In this document: piece after piece, positions 50,001 through 62,844 of the stretch
How positions within the stretch are numbered: the first letter of the stretch is position 1
Layout of the letters: every line of letters begins with the position of its first letter
Assembly: GCA_003427395.1 (NCBI GenBank)
Contig: BFEA01000013.1
Span: 1,867,827 to 1,931,826, forward strand
Source: Chara braunii
Lineage: Eukaryota > Plantae > Charophyceae
Direction: 5' to 3'
DNA: 64,000 nt
Position numbers and translations under genes: made by a program
Notes under the pieces: generated by a model
The model's input: only the letters and a program-made list of their open reading frames with translations
The model's database searches: none
What the model was told of the DNA's origin: nothing

Positions 50001-53000
50001 GGTCACTCTGCCCTCGTTACGCACGGGTCATGCTTATTTTCTCCGTATCGTTCCATCCTTAATAGATGTCCCGAAGGACTTCGACCGGGGCAGTGCCCCG
50101 CGACCCTTCGGAGTCTGAGCGACCCCAGGCATTTCAAAGTATTCAGCCCCACACCTCAAGCCCCACTGTTTGGGACGGAACGCGGGTCTTTGCCCATCAG
50201 CTCACGGGTGTATCCACCGAGCTACGCCCGTTGGGTCAACAGCCAGTCTTGGACCCGGCCCCGGACCCGATTTCAGATAAGACTAAATAAGAGTAAAGGA
50301 AAATTTTACAAAAGCAAGAAAAGTTCAAATTAAGGGAGGGAGTGATCGTGAGGAAGGGAGGGATCCACCGGTACTCCCTCGACCTTTCCAGCACGGCCCG
50401 CAATCAGACTTCCCAACAAAAACCAAGGGGGATAGTCCCACCGGACCCTCGACCACTTTGCCTCTCCATAAGACGCTCCCTCGCTCCTAAGCTGCCGCCC
50501 GCTGGCCTCGATCCCCACATTTTCGTCTCGCAAGTCCAATGTCGTAACCCATAGGGCTAAGCCCAAGCCTGAAACCAGCATGCGAGGAATCTCATATAAA
50601 CTAGTGTGGCATAGTGCCCAGGGTCAAGAAAGCGCCCTGGGCCGCCTCTCCGCCCACGGCCGTGTGTGCGTCATTCCGCACACCCAACTTACCGTCGGTC
50701 GAACGTGCTGGATAGGAAGATAGAAACTTTGATATCCTTACCTTAATCAGCAAACAAAAAACAAGCCGGCTGGCTATGCCGGCCTTACGAACAATTCAAA
50801 GGAAAATATCACACTCGCGCCGTAAAGCTTGCGCGACCACACACTCTCTGCCCTAGTCAACCATTTAGTCAGCGGGATTCACAGACGCAACCGCGCCTTA
50901 CGTGGAATACTTAGATTTTAAACCAACTTATTTCCTGTTGTTTGCAAAAACTACGGCGGATACCCTTATAAGGGTATTTGCACCGACAACTTACCGGACC
51001 ATATTAAGCGATGTCCTCGTCGCTGTGCAGAATCAATAAACTATAAATCCATTCACAATACCAAATGTTGACGATGAAGGAACCAATCCGATTAGCCGAC
51101 AGACTCAGGGTTGAGGCCTCCAACAATCCAAGCCCTTATAACTATATGCCGCCACAGTTCCAACCTGGGTCTCTATTGTCCTGACATTAGAACGCAGGTG
51201 TACTGGACATACGTACTACAGCACAAGTCTTAGCAGCCCCTCTCAACTGTCCCCTCCCCTTTGTCCTAGATAAACGCCGGCTTCTCGTTAAGTGTCCCCG
51301 GCCTCTACCCTGCACGCAGGGTCATAACCAGAGACGCGGGCCTTAACCGAGACCTTTGTAGGCACTCTTGCCTCCCTCCAACAATTCTCGAAATCAAACA
51401 TATATATATACACAAATCCCATCATAGATTTTTCCTGCAGTCTAGTACAGGAAGGTCAGGTCTCCATCCTGGTCCACCATAGTCTGTGTGATCATGCCAG
51501 ATCTACGGCCCACCGCGTTGTTATTTTAGTGGTAGTGCCCTCGCAGGTTGCGCCACGATAGGCTTTCTCCTGATAAGTATCCAATCAGGACCCAAAAAGA
51601 GTCGACTCGACTCCTATCCCACGTCGTTCCGCAGGAGTAAAACCCTCCTAGATGGTCACATCCTTTTAAGTCTTTACTCCCTTGGCAAGACGTAGGCCCG
51701 TTGTTCAGATTACGCCGATCAGCAGCCGACACTAGGGGTTGCGCCCTAGTGATGCTAAACTTTACCGTTAGCTTGGTATTCTCATAAATGCCCCAAGATT
51801 AGCACGAATAGCTGGACGGTGTGTTGCAACAAAACAGGCCTACTGCGGAACTACACAAAGGTTTGTCATACATAAAAGGTATTTACCAGTCCTCTGTAGG
51901 ACAACACAGAGAAACAAGGCAACCTCTCCACATTTACAAAACATAAATCACCGCGAGATCCACAAGGCTGTGACCTCCCGGCCTGATCAGAGCAAGAGGC
52001 CACACATCCCAGTGACATCTCCCAAATGAACCATTTTGCGACCTCTTAAAAATCTCACCAATGGCCTAGGACAAACGTGGTCCTTCTCGTCAGTCTTTAT
52101 CATTCAAATCAACTTCCCATGCCATTAAATCTATTAACCCTCTTTCTTATGAAGGAGGTCTCACTCAATAGGTCTCCCCAGTCAACCCTTCTCTTTCTAG
52201 GATGAACTCCCATACGACCTTTCTTTAACACATCTTCCCTCTCTGAAGATAAATCTTCCAATAAACAGAAGATTGTCTTCCCACAAAAGGCGTCTCTACC
52301 ATAAAACAACTCAAACTGAGAGACCAACTTATGGGTCCTCATCACAACTCAACAGTAAACATTTGGCATGGCAAGCATTCAAGTCTCAAGGAATCATAAA
52401 TCCCTCAGGATTCTCGCACTTTTCACAAAAACAGACTGCACTTTCTCTCTTTATACCCGACCATATTATCCGCTCATGGGCAGATCGCACGAGTATACCA
52501 AAGAGTAGACATTTCACATTCATTCACTTTCACAAAACATACAGTATGTGAGATGTTTCTCATACATCTCCCACCCAAAACCATTATACATTAGGACAAA
52601 ACCACATGTGTGAGAGTGATTGTGAGCGTCATATACAAAAAGTAGCCTCAAATAGTACTCAACTCAAAGATACACTCAAGGATGGAGGTATCTCACCCAA
52701 AAAAACGCACATAATGGTTCAGGTTTATAACTCACTTGGATCTACTTAAGTCACTCTCAATATGCTACATGGCCATACATCTTGACTCTCACATTTCCAA
52801 AAAGAAACTCGATGGGAATCGTACACTGTAATCCCCTATATGTACAAGCCACAGCGTAAGTGTTTGGTTCCTGACAATATTAAGACAGAAAATGACCATA
52901 CAAACGAGTATCCAATCTGACGAGTATCCAATCTGATATATGAAAACTCAACTCTATCTACAATATCCTAGTGGCTATCTGTACCTGGGCAAACTAGTCC

Positions 53001-53004
53001 CTCC

Positions 53005-53165
53005 TCACTCATCTCCTCTTGGTTTTGCCTATATAATTGTGCTCTACCCCTATCAGTAGATCTCTCTACCACTCGGCTCTGTCTATCATACATCCTTCCT
53101 GCACTCTCTGAGACCTTCCCTTCCGCTTTGTCCTTAAGGAACTTAGGACATTCGAGGGCCCAATG
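53005..53165 (-). pseudogene. gag: Gag C-terminal fragment (second half of a zinc knuckle), truncated by the element starting at 53171
   Basis: HWALECPKFLKDKAEGKVSESAGRMYDRQSRVVE parallels HTIKFCHVRRNDEDEGLISTNYDGDVYDKWG in the Gag at 14277. Confidence 0.65.
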
Positions 53166-53916
53166 TACGCTGTCGGACAAAATACCCTTACAAGGGTATT
53201 TTGCCATGTCTTTGCATTCGACACGGTGGCTGCGTCGGCTACCATGACGTAGCCAGTCTTGAATGAAGGGGGTGTGCACGCTTAGCGTGACACTGGAAGC
53301 GAATTCCTCGGCCACTGAGGCCGGGACAAAAATCGGTGAGAAAATTTCGTTAAGAGAGTGCGCGCGTTATTTTGACGCGCGCCGTGGTAGTTAGGATCAG
53401 TAGTAATACCCCTCGGCAGAAAAGGTCGAGGGGTCAGTTGGGTTAATGATGTGTCTGGTAGGTCTACAACACGCACTGAGACTTGGTCTAGTGCCTGTCT
53501 GTCTTCCGGTACCAGGTATTCTAAAGATTTTTGGCTCTATCTTCCCCGACTCGGCCTCCAAGTCAAGTACCGCCGTGTCTACCTCAATATGGTGAGGTAC
53601 CGACCCACCCGCTACTTGAATGTTGTCCGTCACACTTAAGATGTAGCGGACCTTTGAATGTCGCGGCCACGGCTAAGTACCGGGCCTACGGGCCTTCTGA
53701 GTAACTAAGTGCCCTTGCGGGTCACACACACGCCCAAGCCGATAGGCATGCAGTCTGGCATGCGTAAACACACACAAGCCGACAAGCACTCAGACTGACG
53801 CACAGACCGGCAGGCGGGTGCGCGCCTCACATATCTAGAAATGGGCTCGGATCAGTAGCCAGACCAAGCCCCACTACACTACAAATAATCGAGCTGCTCC
53901 TCTTCAAATTGAAATA

Positions 53917-54001
53917 GGAGTTAGCTCAGTGGGTTTTGGTTCGGATCGACAATCGAGTGATTCAGGGGTCGAATCCACCCAACCCCAAGCTATCTCTTTT
54001 T
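53917..54001 (+). ncRNA. Pol III-like small RNA unit in the LTR (copy D)
   Basis: TAGCTCAGTGG, GGGTCGAATCC, a terminal stem and TTTTT. Confidence 0.45.
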
Positions 54002-54899
54002 GCAAGGGGCTCTCTTTTCGTCCGTGTTCAAATGGTCAGGGTTCGAACCCGTGACCTTGACGTTAGAAGTGGTTGGGGTTAGATGATTTGGGCTCCTCCC
54101 CGTGACAGGTGCCCGACAGTTGGCGCGACGGGGCGGATAAAAGTTAGATTTCGAGGCTGTTGATCCAAAAGATTCACTATTAGTGAATCTCTCCTCAGAG
54201 TCCGGGCAGATTCGGCGAGAAGTTTGAGTCCCGGTCGACCGAAGCCGCCACAGCTCTGGGCCTCCCGCGGAGAACGTGCGGCGGCAGGGTGCAGCCCATG
54301 CAAAAGAAGGCGGACGCAGGGATAGCGTACGCGGACGAAAGAGGTAGCGCAAGGAGTGGGAAGAAGAAGGAGAAAGGAAGGCACGAAGAAGAAAGAGAAG
54401 ACGAAGGGGGAAAGAGAAAGGGAGGAGCGGACAAACATGCAGATGTGGAGCCGAGCCGACAAAAGGGAGTGAAGCGTGATCGCAAGCGGAGATAGCGCGG
54501 CTCGACTGTTCGCCATACGCGAGGGCAAAAGCTTGTGGGGAATGCGGTGCACCGCGGGCGGTAACGACACCGGCAGATTGAAAGCTACGATGCCGACTAC
54601 TCTAACTCCGAAGACGAGAAAAGGAGAGAAAAGAGAACGGGTAAGTCTCCTCCTTGCAACCGATCCCCGGGGCTCCCCTCGATAGGACGGAGAAAATGAA
54701 TAGAAGAAATTAAATAAATAAATAAATAAAATCGCACGAATATTTCTACTTTTCAAAAGAAGATTCACGTGTGTGAGTGTATAAGAGGGTGAGATAGAGA
54801 AAGATCTTCTTCTTCCTCTTCTAAGTCCACCATCTCTTCACCCTCTCCCTATCTTACTTTTCATCATCTGCGGACTACGAGAGAGAAAAGAGAGAGAGA

Positions 54900-55435
54900 G
54901 ACTATAAGTCTCCTACCTCGGCCAACAGCTAAGTCTCCGACCTCGGCTTCACGAACACTACTTGGATCGATAAGATGAGCAAATCAAAAAGTGTCAGTGT
55001 ATAGTTCCACGTTTCAGCGGAAGATTCATTCCATTTTTGCTCATCCTATCGATGGAATGTGTGTGTGTATATGTGTATGTGTCTGTGTGTGTGTATGTGT
55101 GTGTGTGTGAGAGAGAGAGACATCTAGGTCTCAACTCCACGGCTCGCCGCTCGCTACTAGGATCGATAGAAAGAGCAAATCAAGAAGTGACAATGTATAT
55201 TTCCACGTTTCAGCAGAAGATTCATTCCGGGTTTGCTCGTCCTATCGATGGAATGCGTGTGTGTGAGGCGGTCATGATTCGACCAAGGAGGGAGAGAAAG
55301 CTCAGTCTCCACCTCACGGCTCGCCGCACGCCACTTGGAATGATAGAACGAGCAAAAACGAAAGGGACAGAGTATATTTCTACGTTTCAGCGAAAGATTC
55401 ATTCCGTTTTTGCTCATATTATCGATGGAATGAGT
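54900..55435. repeat. Three ~180-195-bp tandem units, each containing a foldback
   Basis: CGATARRATGAGCAAA...TTTGCTCATCCTATCG arms enclose TATTTCCACGTTTCAGCGGAAGATTCATTCC. Confidence 0.8.
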
Positions 55436-56022
55436 GCGTGTGTGTGGGTGTGTGTGGGTGAGTGTGCGTGTCTGTGTGAGGGGGGTGTCATGTTCGTTGC
55501 ACACGACAACGATAAAAGCACGATCGTGCCGGACTGTTTTGTTGGACTTTCACCGACTCATCAGGAGGATGAACCTGGACTGACAGTCTTCCCAGATGCA
55601 TTTGACTGATGGACAAGGACTCGCCACGTCGCCCAGAGTTAGCGATACCCCTCAGAGAGAAAAAAAAATGGTCGGCTTCACTCACGCCCTCCCTGCAATT
55701 TTCTTCCGCCCCCATCTTTGTCTCTCTCGTACTGCCCAACACCGCTCGCTTTCTCATTGTTGTTTCTCATTGCTCTGACATTCCACTCTCTATTCGACCT
55801 CATGACGTCATTATTCGCTTTTGCACTCCTTCCTATGTCCCCTTTGTGACCCCTTGTCGGTCCTTGTCTCCTCTCGGCCTATCTTCCTTCTTTCTCCTCA
55901 TTGTCTGAATCCGCCGGTATCCCTGCTAATTAGTTGGCGTTGGCGCTCCGAAAAGAGATACAGATAGATAGATCGATAGATATAGAGAAAAGAGAGGCAG
56001 AGAGAGAGAGAGAGAGAACTCT

Positions 56023-56280
56023 TTCCTGGCTGTGTGCGCGCTACACCGATGAATCCAACAAGTTGATTGCCTGGTCGAAAGGCCAGGTGACCTTCCTAAG
56101 GATCATCGTATCGGGGATAGATTGTTGTAATTATCGATCTTGAACGAGGAATGCCCAGTAAGCGCGAGTCATCAGCTCGTGTTGATTACGTCCCTGCCCT
56201 TTGTACGCACCGACCGTCGCTCCTACCGATTGAATGGTCCAGTGAAGTGTCTGGGTTGCGGTGATCTTGGCGGTCTGCCG
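56023..56280 (+). pseudogene. 18S rRNA 3'-region fragment
   Basis: GCGCGCTACAC...AACGAGGAATGCCCAGTAAGCGCGAGTCATCAGCTCG...ACGTCCCTGCCCTTTGTAC...CCGTCGCTCCTACCGATTGAATGGTCC. Confidence 0.95.
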
Positions 56281-56873
56281 ATGTGGGTGCAAGTGGCATT
56301 TGTGTGGGCGGGATCGATGGTTGTGAGTGAGTGATACGGGAGACATACCTGGTGCTTGAGGCGAACGGCATTGGCCGAGATCTGCATCGTACTTCGGGAA
56401 TGTCGTTGATGCCATCTTTCGGGTTCCTCGTATAGGCTAGATAGGATATGCCATCAGTAGTCTAGGCGATGAGTGTCAAGAAGGACGGCGACGTTGGGTT
56501 TGCATTGAGGATGATGAGACTGTACTCACGTTGATGATCGTGAGCTTTTGCTGATCTCTTATTTGGCGAAACTTGCGATGCTTCTGCTCAGGGGCACCGC
56601 TTTCTGATCACATGCATATGATAATGTCTGATCTCTGAAATTTTGCCACCGATCGTTTTCCCATCTCCCTTATTAGTATTATTATCTCATTATTATTATT
56701 ATTATTGATTATTGATTTATTATTATTATTATCGCTATTATCATAATTATTATTACTACGCAATGATCCAGGTGCATGCGGCCCCGACAAAACGAAAATG
56801 AGGTTGTGAATGAGGCACGAGACTTACCTTGTGCTGATGCGTGTGGCTCTAACCTCTATCCGTTTGTGCTTAA

Positions 56874-57464
56874 ACCACCACTACCCCCGCCAGCCTAATA
56901 TGGAGTTTCCTGGCCTTACGGACAAGGTTCTTAGGGAGGGGGGGGGGGGGCAGGCACAGGTGGGTCCGGTCCAAGAATTTTCAAGCGCAAACTTTAGCGA
57001 TTTTTCCCGCTCCGAAAAATTGGCAAAAAAATCTGAAAATTTGATATCTTGTAGATTAGGCCGTGATCTTTCCAGGAAAAATATCAAAAAAATGGAAAAA
57101 AACAACAACAAATTAGACCGTAAAGTAAATAACGCACCGTTTCAACACATTTTCCATTGTTGCTACTCTACGACGCATGGGACAACGATAAAAGTAACCC
57201 AACTTTCGCAATTTTTTGCGATCAGAAGGATGACCTAACAACTCTTACAATTCGAGGGTCCATAGATTTTGTCGTGATCTTTTAATGGAAAAATATTCAA
57301 AAATAAATAACAATTCATTTTAACCGCGAAATAAATTGCGGGGGTCATTTGGCGCATTTTCAAATTTTGCCACTCTGCCAGTTCCTCCCACTATGCTACC
57401 GGTAGCCCTCATGGATCTGTGCTACCGGTTCCCCCTAATTTTTGACGGCGGGGGTAGCGGTGGT
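56874..57464. mobile_element. TTAA-specific non-autonomous TIR element (piggyBac/Kolobok-like target)
   Basis: TTAA at 56870-56873 and 57465-57468; TIR ACCACCACTACCCCCGCC / GGCGGGGGTAGCGGTGGT; splits a host repeat unit. Confidence 0.85.
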
Positions 57465-59835
57465 TTAAGAAGAGTTGTTGTAGTCATCTTTTGATCATAT
57501 AGTAATAGGCTAAGATAGGATCCGCCTCTTGTAGTCTGGTCGCCAAAGCACCCGATAGGATAACAACATTTGTTCATTATTGATGATGATGGGACCATTA
57601 GCCCATCGTCACAGATGAGCCTTGCTGTGCTCTAATTCGGTGGAACTTTGTGATGCAAATTCTGCGCTGGTTCAAGATCGTAACTATAGTACTGTTTTGA
57701 CTTCTAGGACTCGATATTGCTCATCTTTTCATATATCCTAACCAAGATAGGAATAAGGAATGAGAGGGGTGAGAAAGATTAAAAAAAAAGGAGGAGAGAA
57801 TGAGAGGTCGAGGAGAGAAAACGTATGAGGGAGATCAAGGAGGAGGAGTGATAAGAGAGAGACGGAGGGAGGAATGTCGATGTCACCCACTCAACCTTAC
57901 CGTTGGTTCGTCCCATAGCCTGTCTTCTTTCATTCTCTCGTCGAAATACTTAGATCCTCCCATACGTCCACTGCCTATCATCCATGATGTGTGAGTGAGT
58001 GTATGTGTGTGTGTGTGTGTGTGACACATGTCCAGTAGGACAGTACGCAGGGAGCCAAAGATTCACTATGTGATGAAATGGGACTGAAACAGACAATGGG
58101 AGGTCGGCGTAGCTTCAACAAGCAATGTACATTCCGATTACATAGAAGATGGCACAAAACGCCGCAGTAGAAGACTTAGAAAGAAAATCTGATCTGATCT
58201 GGACTAACCCGACATCCATCATACATCCTGCAAGAGAAAGAGAGAAGGAGGAGGGACCGCGAACAGGGGAGAAAGGTCCCTTCCTCGCACGCGTACATGC
58301 GGAGGCACGAAAGTAGACCAAGATCGAGATGGCAAGGTCCCTTGCCGAGTGACCGATCAAAGTCTATTCCAGAAATGTCGAATCATATCCTGGGCAATAC
58401 GCCCAGCACGACCGCTGCCTGAGTTTCTGCTGATAACCTTTCCTCCCTTCCAACCCACTGTCATCTCTCCTACCGTCTCTCTCTCCACATGTCTGTGTTC
58501 AGGGGAGAAAGAGAGAGAAAGAAGGTGGTAATGATGATGATGACGACGACGACGATGATGATGATGATGTGAGAACACATACCTGGCATTGTCGACGGTC
58601 TGCAACGACCAAAATCCTCAAGTACTCCGGGCTGCCGCAGATGTCAACTGTTGCATTGTCTTTTGGTAGCCTGTAGTAGCGGTGTAGGGAGTAGGCTGGG
58701 CACCAAGTGCCAGGTAGTGAGACAGGGCCTGGATACTCATGTTGGTGGTGGCGAGAGCAAGCTCTCATTGATATTGGTTTTCAGAGTTACGGATCTCCGT
58801 TTGGTGTATTATCGGTGCAATGCTGCCTGACTATCCGATTTCAGAGTGATGATGTAATCAAGAATTGTCATCACACGGTTGTTAATTTCCCTGTATTATT
58901 ATTATTATTACTATTATTATTATTTAACGATCCGACCACTCCCTTCCTTACCTTCGCGTGGCATCTGTAAACTGGGGAAGGGATGAGGTGGTGAAATGGA
59001 GAGAGGGAACGTACCTAGTTAAGAGGAGATCGATATTGGTGTTTGGTCTCATTACTCGCTGGTCGTCAAGTTGTCAGGTTGTTTTCATTGCTGTAGTTGC
59101 AGGCTTAATCTGTACGGTAGACAGGGCGCCAGGCGCCATTCACGAGTGCAAGCTACATTGGGTTATGATGTCGGTGTTGCCCGATTGGGCTTGGACACTG
59201 TCTCACAATTTTTTTTGTTATATCGCTCTCCGAGGGATGGGTACTCAGTTCCGTTATGCAGTCTGATCTTGCTTTGGCTACCTGGACTGCGGTATGATTT
59301 TTGCAACTTGGATTTCTGTGTTTCGTCCACAATCATGTTCTTGGATTTTCTTTATTATTATTTTTATTATTATTACTAATTATAATAATAATTATTATTA
59401 TTATTGCTTTATTTTAATTATTATTTGCATGGTTGGGACCACGTGGCATCTGTGTAAAAGGGGATTGAGGTTGTGAGTGTAATGAGAGGCATACCTGGTA
59501 CTGAGTGCGTGCGACACTGGTCGCTGTATGTTTGTTCTCCAGAAGAGTTGTTGTCGTTATCTTAACCATTGTAGTATAGGTTAGATTGCCACTCATTTGT
59601 CTGAACGACGAGCGCCAGGTAGGATACCTGCTTTGGTTCTTCGTGGATGATGATGGGACTTTTACCAACAGTGTCAGATACGAGCTCTCGGTGTCTTGAA
59701 GTTCTCAGTTGGTGGAGCTCGTGATGCAACCCTGCTGTGGGTGTAAGGCCACGACTCTCTGGTCTCATATCTATGAGGCAGTTGGGTTACTGAAGATTAG
59801 CTGCCATTAGTTTTCTGTGCATTATTATTATTATA

Positions 59836-59874
<39 letters not shown>

Positions 59875-60124
59875 TTTCTTACTACTGCGATCAGACTCGC
59901 TCCCATTCACTCTTTACATGTATGCAAACAGTAGTGCAATAAGCTGGCGCCATGCGCTCGCTCGAAACTTAGAGTTATGGCAATTCAAGATAAGAAGTTC
60001 ACTTTCACAGGCCATGGCCACTCAGCGCCCAAACAACCCTCTGTTTGCATACACCGGTGCACCCTGGGTGTCCTACAATGCTACTTACTACACACACCCA
60101 AAAGGGGAGAACAAACCAACGGAC

Positions 60125-60295
60125 TAAAACAGACAGACAAACTGGACAGACAGACAGATTCGACATACATACAGACTGGACAGACAGACAGATTTGACAT
60201 ACAAACAGACTGGACAGACAGATTCGACATACAAACAGACTGGACAGACAGATTCGACATACAAACAGACTGGACAGACAGACAATCTGGACGGA
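60125..60295. repeat. GACA-rich ~30-bp minisatellite
   Basis: ACAAACAGACTGGACAGACAGATTCGACAT repeated about 4 times; a related GACA tract is at 8610-8820. Confidence 0.9.
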
Positions 60296-61206
60296 CATGC
60301 GGATGAACAGTGACACAGATACAGTGACAATCACGCATACGCATAAAAAACAACGCTGCCACACGGTGACAGGTGCGCATACGCAGTGGAACCAGCGCGT
60401 ACACGGTGGGAGTCACACAAACACTAGGACACATACACAGACTCACGGTATACAATAACAAAGAGATATTCATGCAGTCTCACAAATGATGTGGGACAGA
60501 GAGATCAGATGTTGTGGCACACTGACTCACGGTATACAAGAACGAAGGCCAATGACATGATGACACAGTCACAGTGATACATACACGGTGACGCGGGCGT
60601 GCTGTGACACACGTAGAGGAGGCACGGACAAGGACCAGCAAGACTGAGACAAACGAGCAGGAATTGCGGGCGCACTGTTGTATTGTAGCGCTACATTTGC
60701 GCTGTGGCTGAGAGAGGCAGGCTAGCACTGACCGGTAGAGCGCTGCCTGGGCATAGTTCGATGGTAGCCATGGCCGGATTGCCTGAGGGCACAGTGAAGG
60801 TGAAGGGCGAAGGTGGTTCTTCGGATGTGAAGGGAGATGTGTGGGATAACAAGGGAGAGTGAGGGTGAAGAGAGAGACGTACCTGGTGGAGAGGAAGTCG
60901 GCATTGGTGTTGACGTCGTCACTCGCTGGTCGTCAAGTTGTCTGGTTGCTTTCATACTGTAGTTGTAGGGACAGGCTGTAGAGTAGATAGGGCGCGTGGC
61001 GCCATTCAAAAGAGAGAGCTGCTTTGGGTTATGCTCTTGATATTGCCCGATTGAGCTTGGACTTTGACTTACGACCCTGCTGATGCGTTCTCGAATGGAT
61101 GGTTACTTGATTCCATTGGCTATCTACTCTTGCTTTGATTACTTGGACATCAGTGTGATTTTGCGATTTGGATTCTGTGCTTCGTCCACGTTCATGTCCC
61201 TTGCAT

Positions 61207-61245
<39 letters not shown>

Positions 61246-62783
61246 TTATTACTATAATCCGACTCGTTTCATCCACATTTCATGCATGAGAAACAGCAGC
61301 ACCGCAACTGGCGCTATGACGCCCGCTCAGAAACTCAGAGTCATAGCAAGCCAGACAAGAGTTCACTCTCAACTGACTAGGCCAACTCAGCACCCAACCA
61401 CACGTTGTTCACATGCACACGCACCGCTTCCCTAACTATGAACTATGGCAGTTGTGGCTGCCCCTACCGTATCCACGATGGCTGTACTTCTTTTCTCTCG
61501 CCCTCTGCGTCCTTCGAGCACGCTGTAGACCACCGTGCACGAGGCGCTGAGACAGCGCTCTCGCATGGCTTCCGCACGAGTGAAGGAAAGCCTGGGCGTT
61601 GCCCCATGATTCATACTTCTGAAAGCCGTTTGGTCTGCTCTGTCCCACCGGCCGTGGTGCTCACGACCCCTCGCTGTACTTACTGGACTAGGCTGAGACA
61701 GACAGACAGACAGGCTGATTCGGAAAAAAAAAAAAAAAAAACGGACAGGCAAACAGACGATCAGAGAGCAGGGACACACAAACACTATGACATGAACGCC
61801 GTCACAGTGACGCACACACAGTCACACGGTGACATTGCTCAATGACATAGTGTGACGTGCACGCGGATGCGGTAACGGGCACAATGTCACGCACTGTGAC
61901 ACGCACGCACATGCATATACAGTAAAACCCACACCATTGCGGTGACAGACACAGTGTCACATACGCGGCAACACAAATCTTCGGGCGCTTGCGGACCTTC
62001 GTGCACAAGATGCTCTGACAAACGCTCAGCACGACTCACAGGCAGAATGAATGAAAAACTTGACGCTATTTTCTTTATTTATACTTCGGATTGTCAGAGG
62101 GCTGCCTTTAGACCCTGGGGCCGGTGCGCACACAGTCCCACATGGGACTTGCTGACTTGTCAAAGTACGATAAAGACTGGGCACCGCAGATAGGGCTGAA
62201 TCAGACTGCTGCTCGCCCTATTGCCTACAGACCGCGTGATCAGACTCACGAACGGTCATTTTCAGAATCTTCAGAAAACTGCAGGGTGGATCTTTCGGTA
62301 CAGTTGCAACCACGACTATGATACAGCTGTGACTCCTAAGGCGCAGACACCTAGTGCTCGGTGACAGGCACTGCGCTGTGACACAGATACGCGATCACAG
62401 TGACATACGGGCACGTGGACGAGATGTCACATATACTGTGACACAGGCGCACTCGCGGTCTACATTGCTGATAACGTTACGGACACTGGTCCTAGAGGTT
62501 AAAGTGAACCTGTTGTGAGAAGGCGGTTGTAGGAGGGATAGGCAAGTAATAAAGGCTGGGCAAGGAGGCACCAGTCCCTATATAGGGAAGGGCGACCCTG
62601 GGTACCATGTTGGAGTAGGACTGAAGGGTTGAGCATTGACCTATCACTTCATCTTATTGCTTTATTTTTATGGATTCTCGGCGATATGGAGCTCGCTGAT
62701 TGTACACGGTTCCCCAGGACAATCTAAGTGAATTTTGTAACTAGGGTTGTATATCATTCACGCTCGTACTCTTGGGTCTTTAC

Positions 62784-62844
<61 letters not shown>

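Larger units (their letters stand above)
43498..50988 (-). mobile_element. Copy B: 7.5-kb non-coding unit with a Y'-type 5' end (50988) and an X-type 3' end (43498)
   Basis: Starts TGTCGAGCGCATCGGTCC and ends ATACCCTTATAAGGGTATTTGCACCGACA. The interior is colinear with copies A and E. Flanks GCGT/ACTT do not form a clean TSD. Confidence 0.7.
56283..61250. repeat. Degenerate ~450-bp units separated by (ATT)n
   Basis: Copies near 56290, 56770, 58570, 58960, 59440 and 60870; homologous to 4977-8240. Confidence 0.75.

Noticed and set aside
50989-51010. Polypurine tract marking copy B as a 3' LTR
   Set aside because: The minus strand before the terminus reads ATATGGTCCGGTAAGT, which is not polypurine.
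56023-56280. Functional rDNA locus (also the LSU pieces)
   Set aside because: Short, substituted at conserved positions, scattered and in mixed orientation.
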